From the human T2T-CHM13v2.0 reference genome, Homo sapiens: a stretch of DNA of 64,000 nt. Below are positions 27,381 through 41,469 of this stretch, one piece after another. The stretch lies in the NCBI RefSeq assembly GCF_009914755.1, contig NC_060929.1; one strand, given 5' to 3'. Made by a program: the position numbers and the translations under genes. The number at the start of each line of letters is the position of its first letter. The first letter of the stretch is position 1. The notes under the pieces were generated by a model. That model was not told the origin of the DNA and made no database searches. It was given only the letters and a program-made list of their open reading frames with translations.

Positions 27381-29314
27381 CATCAGAAAAAACAGGCTCA
27401 TTTCTCTAGCGTGGGGGCCCACCGACCTCGGCTTTGTAGGAGGACTCGAAGTTCAGAAGTTGGCTGCAGTTGTAAATTTAGAGCTGAAGATTTCTGTGTG
27501 GGTTGCCTGACTTTTTCTTGACATATCAATAACTAGCTTTTTGCTTATTGGCACTTTAAATGTGTATGCTCGGCATCTCTGAATTAAAACCCCAATTCTC
27601 CACGGAAAATCTCTAAACAACCTACAGGCAAATAATTCAAATTCCAGGAGAGCCTTTGGAGGGCTTTCCTAGCTGGAACACGGGGTGTGCTGACCATGTG
27701 GCCACTCAGAATGTCTGGAATTCCCCAGACCCTGTGTTTGTAAAGCTCAAGGCTTTCTGGAAGCCTGACTCTGTGGCATGTGCTGACACAGAAGGGGCTG
27801 TCGCTGGGGGCCCTGGGGGCTCTCTGCACCCAGGACTATGGTGCCCTGCCCTTCGTGAAGGGCCCTTGTCCAGTTTCCTCATATGTCTGGCTCATACTTG
27901 AGACAATCACTTAGCTCCAGGACCTGTGGGTGGAGTTGACGATCAATTTGCCCTTTTCTCAGTTCGAGGGTGGCGGGGGGCGCTCCATTGTCCCTAATTT
28001 TCACATCTTCCCCCTCCTTCAACTAACCACAAGTGCTTGAATTTCACCTCTGAAGAGGTATTATTGAAGTGATGAAGGGTAACTGGTATAACTTTTTCTC
28101 CAGCTTGGTGCCCAAAAGAGGTCACTTGTGTTTTTAACCTGTGCCTTGAAGCCCCATTGCCTAATTGAGCAGCATGGTCAGCATCTCTCTTCTGGCCTCA
28201 GCCCTTCCTCCCTTAACATTATGCAAGAACCATCATTCTCCAGGGCTCAGGCTGCAGCCAGAGAGAGGTGACGTGAGCTCTGGAGGGCCCCATCCTCTCA
28301 GATCCTTTTGCTCGTGACCCGCTTTGCCTTCTCTATCCTCAGCCAGGATCCTTACACACATGACAGGAGCCAAACCTGGCCAGGTGAAGCAGAAAAGTAT
28401 TTCTTAAAGGCCTGTTTATCGAGTAGCTCCCGGAGTCTTTGGGCGGGCCAGAGACCCAGGCATGGAGTCACCCAGGCAGAACAAGTTCCCAAACCACACC
28501 TCAGAGCCAGTCCTGTGAGGACACAGCTGTTCCTCCACTGGGCAGAGACGCTACACCCTGCATCACCAATAATACCAGGGCTGCTACTAGTATTATTGGT
28601 TAATTCACCCACGAAATATTTATCAAGCAGTAGCTGTCGGGTGTTATTGGTGACGCAGGGGGTTGTGTCTCTGCCCAGTGGAGGAACAGCTCCTTGCCAG
28701 AATGGATTCCATGAAGACCCTGCTTCTCGCGTCACTAGTGCCCATGCTGATGTCCTGAGAGGGGCGTGTCTGATTGGAGAAGCCCTAGTCCACGTGCCAG
28801 CTCCTAGCCACGAAGGAGGCTGGGAAGTGAATGTCAGCTTTTGTAGTAGAAGTCTTTACCCACCATGCAGGCTTCTGTGGTAGAGGGTTCCCCCCAAAAT
28901 GAGCAGCCCAAACACATGATCCATGACCACCACGGCTTCCGGGCAAATTTGCCCCCCTCCTCCTTGGTGACTTCTGACCTCTGTGTGTCAAAGAATTTGA
29001 AGAGGGACAGACAATGGCTCTCAAATAAATCCTATCTTCCCCCAGGGCAATGGGTGTCTCCTTGGCTGGCATTTCCATAGCTAAGATGAATCACAAGTGA
29101 CGCTGCTCAAAGTGGAGATGTCTGCTCCACGATGACCATGCGGCCCACACAGACCCAGGTGGAAGAGGCTGTTCCCCAAAGGAAAAGGGAGGTGCTGTTT
29201 TTAAAAGAGGGAACTCTAGGCAGGAAAACAACGTATGTCCACCTCAGCTGGGGCATCCTATGGCCACGATATTACGAAACAAAAACAACACATTGAAGAA
29301 GACGCAGATGGGTC

Positions 29315-29602
<288 letters not shown>

Positions 29603-30429
29603 GCAGAGGGGTCTTCTTTAGAAGGATGTGGAATGCAAATGGCCCAATGCCTGTCCTTGCACTCATATCCCCACCAGGCATTCCTTTTCCTCTCCTCTCT
29701 GGCTTGCAGGGGAGGCTTTTCCCCATTCCTTCCTATATGGTCCAGGGAAAGCTTTGATGCCCTCGTGAGTTCTTTACTCATTGAGAAATGCTGTGTTCTG
29801 GGGGTTAGAGAATGACCCTGGGCGCATCTGGGTTCTGCTCTGAACTCTGCCCCTTTTTCACAAGTTGGGCGCAACTTTCTTTTTCTTTCTAAGCCTCAAT
29901 TTCCTCACCGATAGAATAATAAAAATAATAGCAATTCTGCCATAAGATTGTTGTAAAATTCAAATGAGATTATCCAAGTGAAGTAAATAACACTACAGGG
30001 TATGGAGTAATTCTTGATAAAAGGCAGTCATTTTAATAATACTGATGATAGTATAAACAATCACTATTTCCATGGTTTTTTCTAGCTTTAACAGATAGGA
30101 CAAGTTATGCACTATTCCTGAGCCTGTTTCCTCTGCTGTAAAGTTATGCCTGCTTTCAGAGGGTGACTGTAAGAATGTTTATAAACCATGTGGAAGGAAT
30201 CTAGCAGAGTATCTAGAACATAGTAGGTACACAGCACCCCCCACCCCCAACACTTTGCACCTCTGTATTTATTTCGCTGGGAAAAGCCACCTCGGAGTAT
30301 TTATTCTGTGAGGAGAGTCACAACAAAACATCGATGGTGTCTTCAACCAGGAAAGACTTTCCAATCTAGATGATGTAGGGAAAAAAACCATTCTCCATGG
30401 ATGTGGCACCTGGGCTCAGGAAGGGGCCA

Positions 30430-30825
30430 TGAGAGATTGTGATCTTGTTCAAAAATGTCCATGGTCCTCGTTAGGGAAGATTCTACTTCTCTGTCCCATT
30501 AACTTCAGGCTTTGCCATGTGACTTGTTATGGCTAATGCAATGTGAGGGAAGTGAAGATTGATACTTCTAGGAAAAGCTTAAGGAATCATCTTGTGGCTT
30601 CCTATATTCTTTTCCCCTTCGCCACAAAATTAGCACCGTTCCAGATAAAGGCTGCCCCATCCTCCTGGGTCCCCAGATAAGGCAGATGTGGGGCAGAGCC
30701 ACAGCCACCTCACAGTGGCCATGTAGCATGGGTGAGAAATTATCCATTATTGTCGTAAACTGCTGGGAATTTGGAGTTGTTTGTTATGGCAGCCTAGCCT
30801 AGCCTAACTAACCCAGGCCAGATAC
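30430..30825 (+). mobile_element. MLT1 (I/J-like) MaLR LTR
   Basis: GCCATGTGACTTGTTATGGCTAATGCAATGTGAGGGGAAGTGA ... TTTGGAGTTGTTTGTTATGGCAGCCTAGCCTAGCC. Confidence 0.75.
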
Positions 30826-31174
30826 TCCAAATAATCTTTTCCCTCCCTACCACCTGTGGCCAGATTCTTTGCTTCTAGTCAGGAATAGGAGTATTATCTC
30901 ATTCTGCCTTAGAGAAGGACAAGGCGGCTGTATGCAGTGAGGACACCGTCTCAGTGTGTGGAGTTGTGTTCAAAGTTGTGTATGAATGGTGACCCGCTCT
31001 CAGCTGGTTGTTGAAGTGCAGTGTAATGAACTACAAGTTGCCTACCCAGCTTCCTTTCTGCCTTTGTGCCTTGACAACATATCCCTGATTTTCTAAGTTC
31101 TCCACCCTAGCTTCACATGTGTCAGGGAGCTGACTCCATCCTAGGTGTAGGAGGTGATTCTGAGCAGTCTAAGC

Positions 31175-31439
31175 CAGTGTTACTCAAAGTGTGGTCCATT
31201 GAGCAGTGCTGTTCTGCAGCGAACTATTTATTTACTACTGCTGTGTAATAAGTATAGAAACGGAGAGTGTTTAGAAACTTTTATAGCTATTTGACTTTGC
31301 TATGGCATCCAAACATGTGAACAGTGGATTCCTCTGTTGAACAGGGTATAGGTGCTGTCAAAATTACCTGGTAAATTCCATATGATAAAACTGCATGCTT
31401 ATCATGTGCAAAATAGGACCACATATGGACCCACGGATG
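31175..31439. mobile_element. MER119-like hAT-Charlie element
   Basis: CAGTGTTACTCAAAGTGTGGTCC ... GTTTAGAAACTTTTATAGCTATTTGAC ... TTGAACAGGGTATAG; flanked by 8-bp GTCTAAGC / GTCTAGGC (hAT-length TSD). Confidence 0.75.
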
Positions 31440-31569
31440 GTCTAGGCCAATCAGGCTAATCCTCTTTCATGAACCAGTGACTGGTCTCAGTTTCAGCATG
31501 TGGCCCAAATCTGGGCAATGAGACATGAGAGGAGTCTGATGGGGCTACTGGAAAGGTTTCCATATCTCT

Positions 31570-34500
31570 GTTTTTTTTTTACATTAAAAAAATTAATTAA
31601 TGTTTTTGTACATGAATAAGTTCTTTAGTGGTGATTTCTGAGATTTTGGTGCACCCATCACCCGAGCAGTGTACACTGTACCCAATGCATAGTCTTTTAT
31701 CCGTTGCCCCCTCCCACCCTTTCCCCGGAGTCCCCAAAGTCCATTGTATGGTTCTTATGCCTTTGTATCTTCATAGCTTAGCTCCCACTAATGAGTGAGA
31801 ACATATGATATTTGGTTTTCCATTCCTGAATTACTTCATTCCTGAGTTACTTCCATTCCTGGGTTACTTCACTTAGTTACTTCCATACCTGAGTTACTTA
31901 CATTCCTGAGTTACTTCACTTAGAATAATGGTCTCACTCGGGAGGCTGAGGCAGGAGAATCGCTTGAACCTGGGAGGTGGAGGTTGCAGTTAGCCAAGGT
32001 AGAAACACTGTACTCCAGCCTGGGCAATAGAGCAAGACTCTGTCTCAAAAAAACAGAAAAAAAAGAAAGAATAATGGTCTCCAATTATTTCATTCCTTTT
32101 TATAGCTGAGTAGTATTTCATTTTTTATATATATATATAACATTTTCTTTATCCATTTGTTGACTCACGGGCATTTGGGCTTGTTCCATATTCTTACAAT
32201 TACAAATTGTGCTGCCATAAACATGTGTGTGCAAGTATCTTTTTCATATAATGACTTGTTTTCCTCTGGGTAGATACCTAGTAGTGGGATTGTTGGATTA
32301 AACAGTGGATCTACTTTTAGTTCTTTAAGGAATCTCCACACTATTTTCCATAGTAGTTGTACTAGTTTACATTCCTACCAACGGTGTACAAGTGTTCCCC
32401 TTTCACCATGTCCAAGCCAACATGTATTATTTTTTGATTATGCCATTCTTGCAGGAGTAAGCTGGTACCTCATGGTGGTTTTGATTTGCATTTCCCTGAT
32501 AATTAGTGATGTTGAGCATTTTTCCATATACTTGTTAGCCATTTGTAGATCTTCTTTTGAGAATTGTCTGTGTCCTTATTCCACTTTTTTGACAAGATTG
32601 CTTGTTTTTTTTTACTTGTTGATTTCTTTGAGTTCTTTATAGATTCTGGATATTAGTCCTTTGCTGGATGTATAAATGGAATGCTGGATTTTGTCAAATG
32701 CTTATTCTGCATCTATTGAGATGATCATGTGAATTTTGTTTTTAATTCTGTTTTTGTGGTGTGTCACATTTATTGACTTGTGTATGCTAAATCATCTCTG
32801 CATCCGTGGTATGAAATCCACTTGATCATGGTGGATTATCTTTTTGATATGCTGTTGGATTTAATTAGCTAGTATTTCGTGGATTTTTGCATCTGTGTTC
32901 ATCAGGGATATTGGTCTGTAGTTTGTTTGTTTGTTTGTTATGTCCTTTCCTGTTTTTGGTGATACTGGCTTCATAGAATAACTTAGAAAGGGTTTCCTGT
33001 CTCTCTATCTTTTGGAATAGCGTCAATAGGATGGGTACCAATTCTTCTTTGAATGTCTGATATAATTCAGCTGTGAATCTGTCTGGTCCTGGATTTTTTT
33101 TTTGTTGGTAACTTTTTAATTACCTTTTCAATTTTGCTCCTTGTTATTGGTCTGTTCAGAGTTTCTATGTCTTCCTGGTTTAATCTATGAGGGTGGTATA
33201 TTTCCAGGAATTTATCCATCTCTTCTAGGTTTTCTAGTTTATGCAACTGAAGGTGTTCATAGTAGCCTTGGATGATCTTTTGTATTTCTGTGGTATCAGT
33301 TGTAATATCTCCCGTTTCATTTCTAATTGAGCTTATTTGGATCTTCTATCTTCTTTACTTGGTTAATCTCATGGTTTATCAATTTTATTTATCTTTTCAA
33401 AGAACACGCTTTTTGTTCCATTTATCTTTTGTATTTTTTGGTTTCAATTTTATTTAATTCTGCTCTGATCTTGATTATTTATTTTCTTCTGCTGGATTTG
33501 GGTTTGATTGTTTCTCTAGCTTCTTGGGTTGTGATTTTAGATTGCCTATTTATGCTCTTTTGGACTTTCTGATGTAGGCATTTAATGCTATGAACTTTCT
33601 TCTTAGCACTGCTTTTACTGTATCCCAGAGGTTTTGATAGGCTTACTATTATTTTTCAGTTCAAAGAATTTTTAAATATCCATCTTGATTTCATTGCTGA
33701 CCCAATGATCATTCAGGAACAAGTTATTTAATTTCCATGTATTTGCATGGTTTTGAGGGTTCCTTTTTGAGTTGATTTTCAATTTTATTCCACTGTGGTC
33801 TGAGAGCACACTTGATATAATTTTGATTTTCTTAAATTTGTTGAGACTTGTTTTGTGGCCTGTCATATGGTCTGTCTTGGAGAATGTTCCATGTGCTGCT
33901 GAATAGAAGGTATATTCTGCAGTTGTTAGGTAGAATGTTCTGTAAATATCTGTTAAGTCCATTTGTTCTAGGGTATAGTTTATGTCCGTTGTTTCTTGGT
34001 TTACCTTCTGTCTTGATGCTCTGTCTAGTGCTGTCAGTGGAGTACTGAAGTCCCCCACTTTTATTGTGTTGCCATCTATATCATTTCTTAGGTCTAGTAG
34101 TAATTGTTTTATAAATTTGGGAGCTGCAGTGTTAGGTGAACATATATTTAGGATTGTGATATTTTCCTGTCGGACTAGTTCTTTTATCGTTATATAATGT
34201 CCCTCTTTGTCTTTTTTTAACTGTTACTATAAAGTTTGTTTTGTCTGATATAAGAATAGCTACTCCTGCTCACTTTTGGTATCCATTTGCATGGGATATC
34301 TTTTCTCACCCATTTGCCTTAAGTTTATATGAGTCCTTATGTGTCAGGTGAGTCTCTTGAAGACAGCAGATACTTGGTTGATGAATTCTTACCCATTCTG
34401 CTATTCTGTATCTTTAAAGTGAAGCATCTAGGCCATTTACATTCAATGTTAGTATTGACATGTGAGGTACTATTCTATTCATTGTGGTATTTGTTACCTA

Positions 34501-36704
34501 AATGCCTTGTGTTTTTTTTTTTCATTGTGTGTGTGTGTGTGTGTGTGTGTTTTAATAGATCCTGTGAGATTTATGCCTTAAGAACATTCTATTTTTGTGT
34601 ATTTCGAGGATTCGTTTCAAGATTTAGAGCTCCTTTTAGCATTTCTTATAGTGTTGGCTTGGTAGTGGCAAATTCTCTCAGCATTTGTTTGTCTGAAAGA
34701 TTATCTTTCCTTCATTTATGAAGCCTAGTTTTGCTGGATACAAAATTCTTGGCTGATAATTGTTTTGTTTAAGGAGGGCAAACATAGGACTGGATACAAA
34801 ATTCTTGGCTGATAATTGTTTTGTTTAAGGAGGGTAAATACAGAACCCCAATCCCATTCTAGCTTGCAGGGTTTCTGCTGTGAAATCTGCTGTTAATCTG
34901 ATAGGTTTTCCTTTATAGGTTACCTGATGCTTTCACCTCACAGCTCTTAAGATTCTTTTGTTTGTCTTGACTTTAGATAATCTGATGACTATGTGCCAAG
35001 GTAATGATCTTTTTATGACAAATTTCCCAGGTGTTCTTTGATCTTCTTGTATTTGGATGTCTAGATCTCTAGCAGAGCTGGGAAAGTTTTCCTTGACTAT
35101 TCCCTCTAATATGTTTTCTAAACTTTTAGATTTCTCTTCTTCCTTGGGAACACCAATTATTCTTAGGTTTGGTCTTTTAAACATAATCCCAAACTTCCTG
35201 GAGGCTTTGTTAATTTTTTAAAATTTATTTTTCTTTGTTGGATTGGGTCAATTTGAAAGGCTTGTCTTCGAGCTCTGAAGTTCTTTCTTCTACTTGTTCA
35301 ATCTATTGCTGAGACTCTCCAGTGCATTTCTCATTTCTCTAAGTGTATCCTTTATTTCCAGAGGTTGTGAATTTTTAAAATTTATGCTATCTATTTCACT
35401 GGAGATGTTTCCATTCATATCCTGTATCTTTTTTTATTATTATTTCTTTAAGTTGGACTTCAGCTTTTTCTGGTGCTTCCTTGAGTAGCTTAATAGTAGA
35501 CCTCCTGAATTGTTTTTCTGGCAAATCAGAGATTTTTGTCTTGGTTTGGATCCATTGCTGGTGAGCTAATGTGATCTTTTGGGAGTGCTAAAGAACCTTG
35601 TTTTGTCATATTACCAGAATTGTTTTTCTGGTTCCTCCTCATTTGGGTAGATTATGTCAAAGGAAAGATCTGGGACTCAAGGGCTGCTGTTCAGATTCTT
35701 TTGTCCCATGGGGTGCTCCCTTGATTTGGTGCTCTCCCCTTCTCCCAAGGATAGGGCTCCCTGAGAGCTGAAATGCAATGAGGGTTATTTCTTTTCTGGA
35801 TCTAGCCAACCAGCAGGGCCACCAGGCTCTGGGCTGGTACTGGAGGTGTTTGCACAGAGTCCTGTGATGTGAACCGTCTTCAGGTCTCTCAGCTGTGGAT
35901 AGCAGAACCTGCTCCAGTGGAGGTAGCAGGGGAGTGAAGTCGACTCTGAGGGCCCTGGGTTGTATTTTTGTTTAGTGCACTGGTTTTGAGTTGGTTGGCC
36001 TCTGGCCAGGAGGTGACATTTTCAAGAGCTCATCAGCTACAGTAGTAGAGGAAAGATACAAGACTGCCCTACGGTCAGGTAGTGGGCGGGGCCATAGAGC
36101 TCCCAGGAGATTATGTCCTTTGTCTTTAGCTATCAGGGCAGGTAGAGAAAGACCACCAAGTGAGGGAAGGGTTAGGCATGTCTGAGCTCAGCCTCTCATT
36201 GGGCCAGGCTTGCTGCAGCTGCTGTGGGGGATGGGGGTGTGATTCCCAGGCCAGTGGATTTATGTTCCCAGGGGACTATGTCTGCCTCTGCTGTGTCACA
36301 CAGGTTACCAGGGAATTGGGGGAAAGCTGGCAGCCACAGGCTTCACCCAGCTCCCATGCAGCCCACAGCCTGAAAGGCCACTCTCACCATGCACCCCCAA
36401 CAGCACAGGATTTATTTACAGGCAGCGGGTGAGCAGGGCTGAGAACTTGCCCCAGGCTACAAGCCTCCCAGCCGAGAAAACAAGCAGACTCACAGTTCCT
36501 TGGCAGTTCCACGCAGCCCGCGGTGGCAATCCACCTCCTTTAAAGGGTCTGTGGATTCTCATTCTCTTGGCTTTCCTGGTATGTTCCCTTGGTAGTTCTT
36601 AGAGCGAAAGTTCACGTGAGTTTCCACCTGCTACTCTGTCCATCCGAATGGGAGCTGCAAGTTAGTCTTGCCTCCTATCCACCATTTTTATATGAGTCTC
36701 CACC
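31570..36704 (-). mobile_element. L1PB(1)-type LINE-1 spanning 5'UTR to poly-A, with an internal ORF2 deletion near 32673; inactive
   Basis: 3'UTR AAGTTCTTTAGTGGTGATTTCTGAGATTTTGGTGCACCCATCACCCGAGC; endonuclease-domain peptide GDFSTPL...SDHSGIKL (33672-34058); ORF1 peptide KRPNLRIIGVP (34933-35184); 16-bp TSD AGGTTTCCATAT(C/T)TCT at 31554 and 36705. Confidence 0.93.
31936..32067 (+). mobile_element. 5'-truncated Alu (right arm only) inside the L1 3'UTR
   Basis: ACTCGGGAGGCTGAGGCAGGAG ... CTCAAAAA; 14-bp TSD AGAATAATGGTCTC. Confidence 0.92.
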
Positions 36705-38004
36705 AGGTTTCCATATTTCTAAGAAAATAACACGGAAAGAAAGTACTTCTCATCTTCTCTGGGGCACTTTGAATCTGGGTGAGTTGCTGGGAACTGCAGC
36801 TCTCCTGCCTCCGGACATCAGGCTATGTGAGAAAATGTATTTCCTCATTGCTTAAAAAGCAGGTGAGAGTCTGGCTCTGTTGTCATTTGCTGTGCCCTGA
36901 CTAATGCACTTGCTGCGAGCTCTTCCGGAGATTGAATTGACTACCTCCTGGATCTCTCCCTAGTCAACTGCCATCAGAGTGAGGTTTTCTTTCCCCTTTC
37001 ATCTAAGAAACATTTATTGATCGCCTATTATGAACAAGGCACTTTGAAGATGCCCAGTTATGTAAGGTACCATTTTGTACCCTCAAGTACCTTATAATCA
37101 AATAACAAAATATAAAAATATATGCAAATAAAGCCAGTTAGAAAGTGCTAAATATTATAGAAAATATACCAACTAATGAATATGCAGATATAGGGCAGAG
37201 GGAAATTATTTTTGGTGGATTATAACAATATGTCATTGGCATAAAAATCACAAGATACTATGGCATATATCTGAGAGTGTAGTTTTTTTTCCTCTGCTCT
37301 TTATTATAAAAACTACTAAAGAAAGAAAATTCAAGCTCAGAACTGCCTACTATCCCATCATCTTTCATTGATTTTACTTTCTATTTGTTTTTACTTAAAG
37401 CCATGTACATTTTGCATTTTGCTACAGTGCTTTTGCCCCATGTCTCCTTTCCCTCTTTATTCCCACTCTTAGCCCTGAGGTAGCCATGACAAGTCTGGCA
37501 TGTATCCTTCTAGATCATTCTCCGTGTTGTCATACTAACATGAACAGACATGTTGGTTTTGTTTTTCTACAGTTGGATCCTACCAAGTGAATTTCTCTGT
37601 AGCTAATTTTCTTTCTTAACAACAGGGTAAAAGCTCTCTTTACCAACCTCTATTACAGAGAGTGGCTGGATTCCCCAGTGCTCTCCATTCCTCTGATGCT
37701 CCTGGACACCCATGGTGCTAACAAGCTTTGGCTGCTTTCTGGTATGTTTGCATCCTTCTGCTCCCACCAGGTGACTTCTGGGCTCATCAGAGTCAGGTTG
37801 TATTGGTCCTTAAGCCTGTTTATACCACTGGGATTATAACTGTAATTCTATACTTTCATCAAATACTTTATAAATCAGTGCAATTAGAGCAGAAAACGAA
37901 GACCATCACGTTTCTATGAAAATCAAGTTAAATGCCCCGGAAATATTTGCTCAATGTTGCTTTCTAAAAACATTTGCTACCCAGTTGACAATAAAGATCT
38001 GGGG

Positions 38005-38490
38005 TATATCAGTTACCTTTTGCTGTATAACAAACCACCCCAAAACATAGTGGCTTGGAACAATAATGGTCTATTATTTCTCATAATTTCATGGGCTGCT
38101 GGTTTTGCCTGGACTCTCTCACAAGGCTGCATTCAGCTGGAGCTGACTGGGCTGGAAAGTCCGAGATGACCTTCTCCATCTGTCTGGCAGTTGATGCTGG
38201 CCATCCACTGACCCCTCACATTGCCTTTTATCCTGAACTAGCTGGGCTTCCTCACATGGTGGCCTCAGGGCAGCAGTCCAACAGGGCCCAAACCAGAAAA
38301 GAGCAAGTTCTCTTAAGCTCTAGCCTGACCTCATTTTCTGTTGGCCAAAGCAAGTCACAAGGTCATCCTCACTTTGAGGGATGGGAAATAAGCTTCACCT
38401 CTTGATAGGAGGAGCAGCAACACCACATCACAAAAGCTTATGCCTACTGGCATGGGAGGAAGCTCTGGCAATATTTCACAATTTAACACA
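38005..38490 (-). mobile_element. MLT1 (F/G-like) MaLR LTR
   Basis: TATCAGTTACCTTTTGCTGTATAACAAACCACCCCAAAACATAGTGGCTT ... GCTGGGCTTCCTCACATGG ... CAAAGCAAGTCACAAGG. Confidence 0.8.
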
Positions 38491-38849
38491 AGAGGGGATA
38501 TCATAAAAATCTAGTGGTGTTCTATATGCAGATTGCTTTACCACTGCCTTTAAATTCTCACCCCACTTTAAAGAAAACAGAACAGAAAATTGTAGATTAC
38601 ATATTATAGAAATGGTTTGTGCAAGAAAGGTAACATGGAATACCAATTAGCAGCAAATGTCCAGTAAAAAGACTTGGGCCTTACATCCAAAGAATGGCAA
38701 ACAACTCAGAGGTTTTTAAGCTTTAAAGCAATGTGTCTTTTTTATGACTTTTAATTGACTCTTATCCCCATTATGTTGAAGAAGAGAGCTTCCGTGATGT
38801 ACCAGACTTATTCTTATAGACCAGTGGCTAGAGAGACTACTCTCTCTGC

Positions 38850-39520
<671 letters not shown>

Positions 39521-41469
39521 TATTTGTCTTCTGTGACACTTACTCTGCATCTTCCAATAACAGCATCTCTGCATCTCTACACTTTTGTATATGTCGTAAA
39601 CCCTTCATCCCACCTAGGTGTCATTTTTCTTCTCCCCTGTCTGGACAGCTTCTACTTGACTTTCAGAACTCAACAAAAATGCCCCCTACTTTGGGAAGCT
39701 TCCCTAACATCCAGAGGGCAAGCTTGCTTTCAATTCCACTGCCTCTGTTCTCTTTATGGTTCTCTCTGCCAGCCCCATCGCGGGCACTAATAGAATTTGG
39801 GTGTCTTGAAGTCTCCCCTGCAAGACTCTTAAGCTGGTAGAGGACAAGGGACATCCTACAATCTTCTTGGAGTTCCCTGTGCCAGGAAATGTTCATTTAT
39901 TAAGTGACATTACGATGAAGCTTTTCCATGAATATCTGTTGAATAAGGGAAGGAATTTTTTTTTTTTTTCAGAGACTAATGATTGTAACTGTTCGGGCAC
40001 GGTGAGGCAAGAGGAACGTACAGTTACAGAATCCGTGGGCAAAGCATCTCGGGGCCAGGAGCGAGCCTGAAGGCACTGTGTAGGCCTTGATCAGTTTAGC
40101 AATTTCTACGATTCTGACATCCTCTTTCTGTTCTTTCCGGACTCAGGCATCCAAGGTCACCTCATTATGGCTCTGTGCGAAGACAGCACCCCAAAGGGGC
40201 CATCGATTTGGAACATCTGATCGGCTTTCTGAGTCAGATCCACTAGCTCGTAAAATCCAATAAATGTCAAAGATATGTCAGGCCCATTAACCTCTGGAGG
40301 TCTATTAAAAGACTCTGCTTCTGCTAAGGAGATTCTGTTACTGTCACATGGACACCAGGGCAGCCAATTCTAAACCCCTGAATTTAGAAAGTTAGGAAGG
40401 GGATATGATTTCACATGGGATCGCCTGGTCTCTACTAGTTTTGTCATAAGACTCTGCCTTTTCTTCCACTCATACACACAGAGCATCTGTTGGTGTGACC
40501 AGCTCTGTGATAGGTATGTGGGGGAAACATTCTAGAACTTCTTTTCCTGCATCCAAGAAAATTAACCCAAATGCTTTCTTCATAAAACTGCACGCACATT
40601 TCTTCCTTACAGTCCTTACAACATTGAAGCATTATTGTTTGCTTGCACGTGAGTCCCCTCTACTAGATTATGAGTTCCTTAAGAGCTGGGGGTCATGATT
40701 CCTTTTGGTAAGAAGCAAGGGAAACCTTAACCTAAATTACTCCAGGAAAAAACAAACCTGCTTGACACATAGAACCAAAAAGTCCAAAGGCAAAGTCCAG
40801 GAACAGTTGGATTCAGAGGCCCCAAAGGTGTTCTCAGGAGTCTCACCTCCATCTTGTGGCTCTGCATTCCTCTGCGTTGGTTTCATCTGCAGGCAAGCCC
40901 TCCCCAGCCATGGCAAGATGGGCTCTGGTAGATCCCACATGATGGCAAGCCTGCCTTCAGCAGCTCCAGGCATCCTGCTGCCAGCCTAACACCCCTGTGA
41001 GAAAGAACTTTTATTTCCCAATAGGGCCAGTGGATCTCCCAAGCTAATTCTTGCTGGCCCAGCGTGGGTCCAGGTGCTAGTTCCAGGGCATTCCTTTTGC
41101 AAAACAATTACCATGTTGTGTTGTAATTCCTGCTTTACTTGCCAGTTTCCCACCCAGAACTGTGAGTTCCATGATGGTTAAAACCAATTCCATCTTCCTA
41201 GAGCCTAGTGTAAGACCTGGCATGCAACAGGTGTACAAGGCAGCCCCTTCCAAGGCCCTGCCTAGGGCTGACAGGGATGTAGATTGGCCCAAGGCTACCA
41301 GATCCTTCAATATTTCAAAAGCACCAAGTATTCTAAGTCCCCAGTTTTGGGAGGAAGGTGGGTGGGGAAGACATCTACATGCCAAATCTGACTTGTGTGT
41401 GGAAGGAATGAATGAAACTAACAGTCGAGGGTCTCATGTGCATTAGGCACTGTGGAAGTCCATTTGTGC

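Noticed and set aside
28308-28883. 191-aa ORF
   Set aside because: No recognisable domain, a non-ATG start, overlap with repeat-like sequence and no exon support.
33672-35184. Endonuclease-like and ORF1p-like peptides as genes
   Set aside because: They are broken reading frames of a dead L1PB with stops, frameshifts and a deletion.
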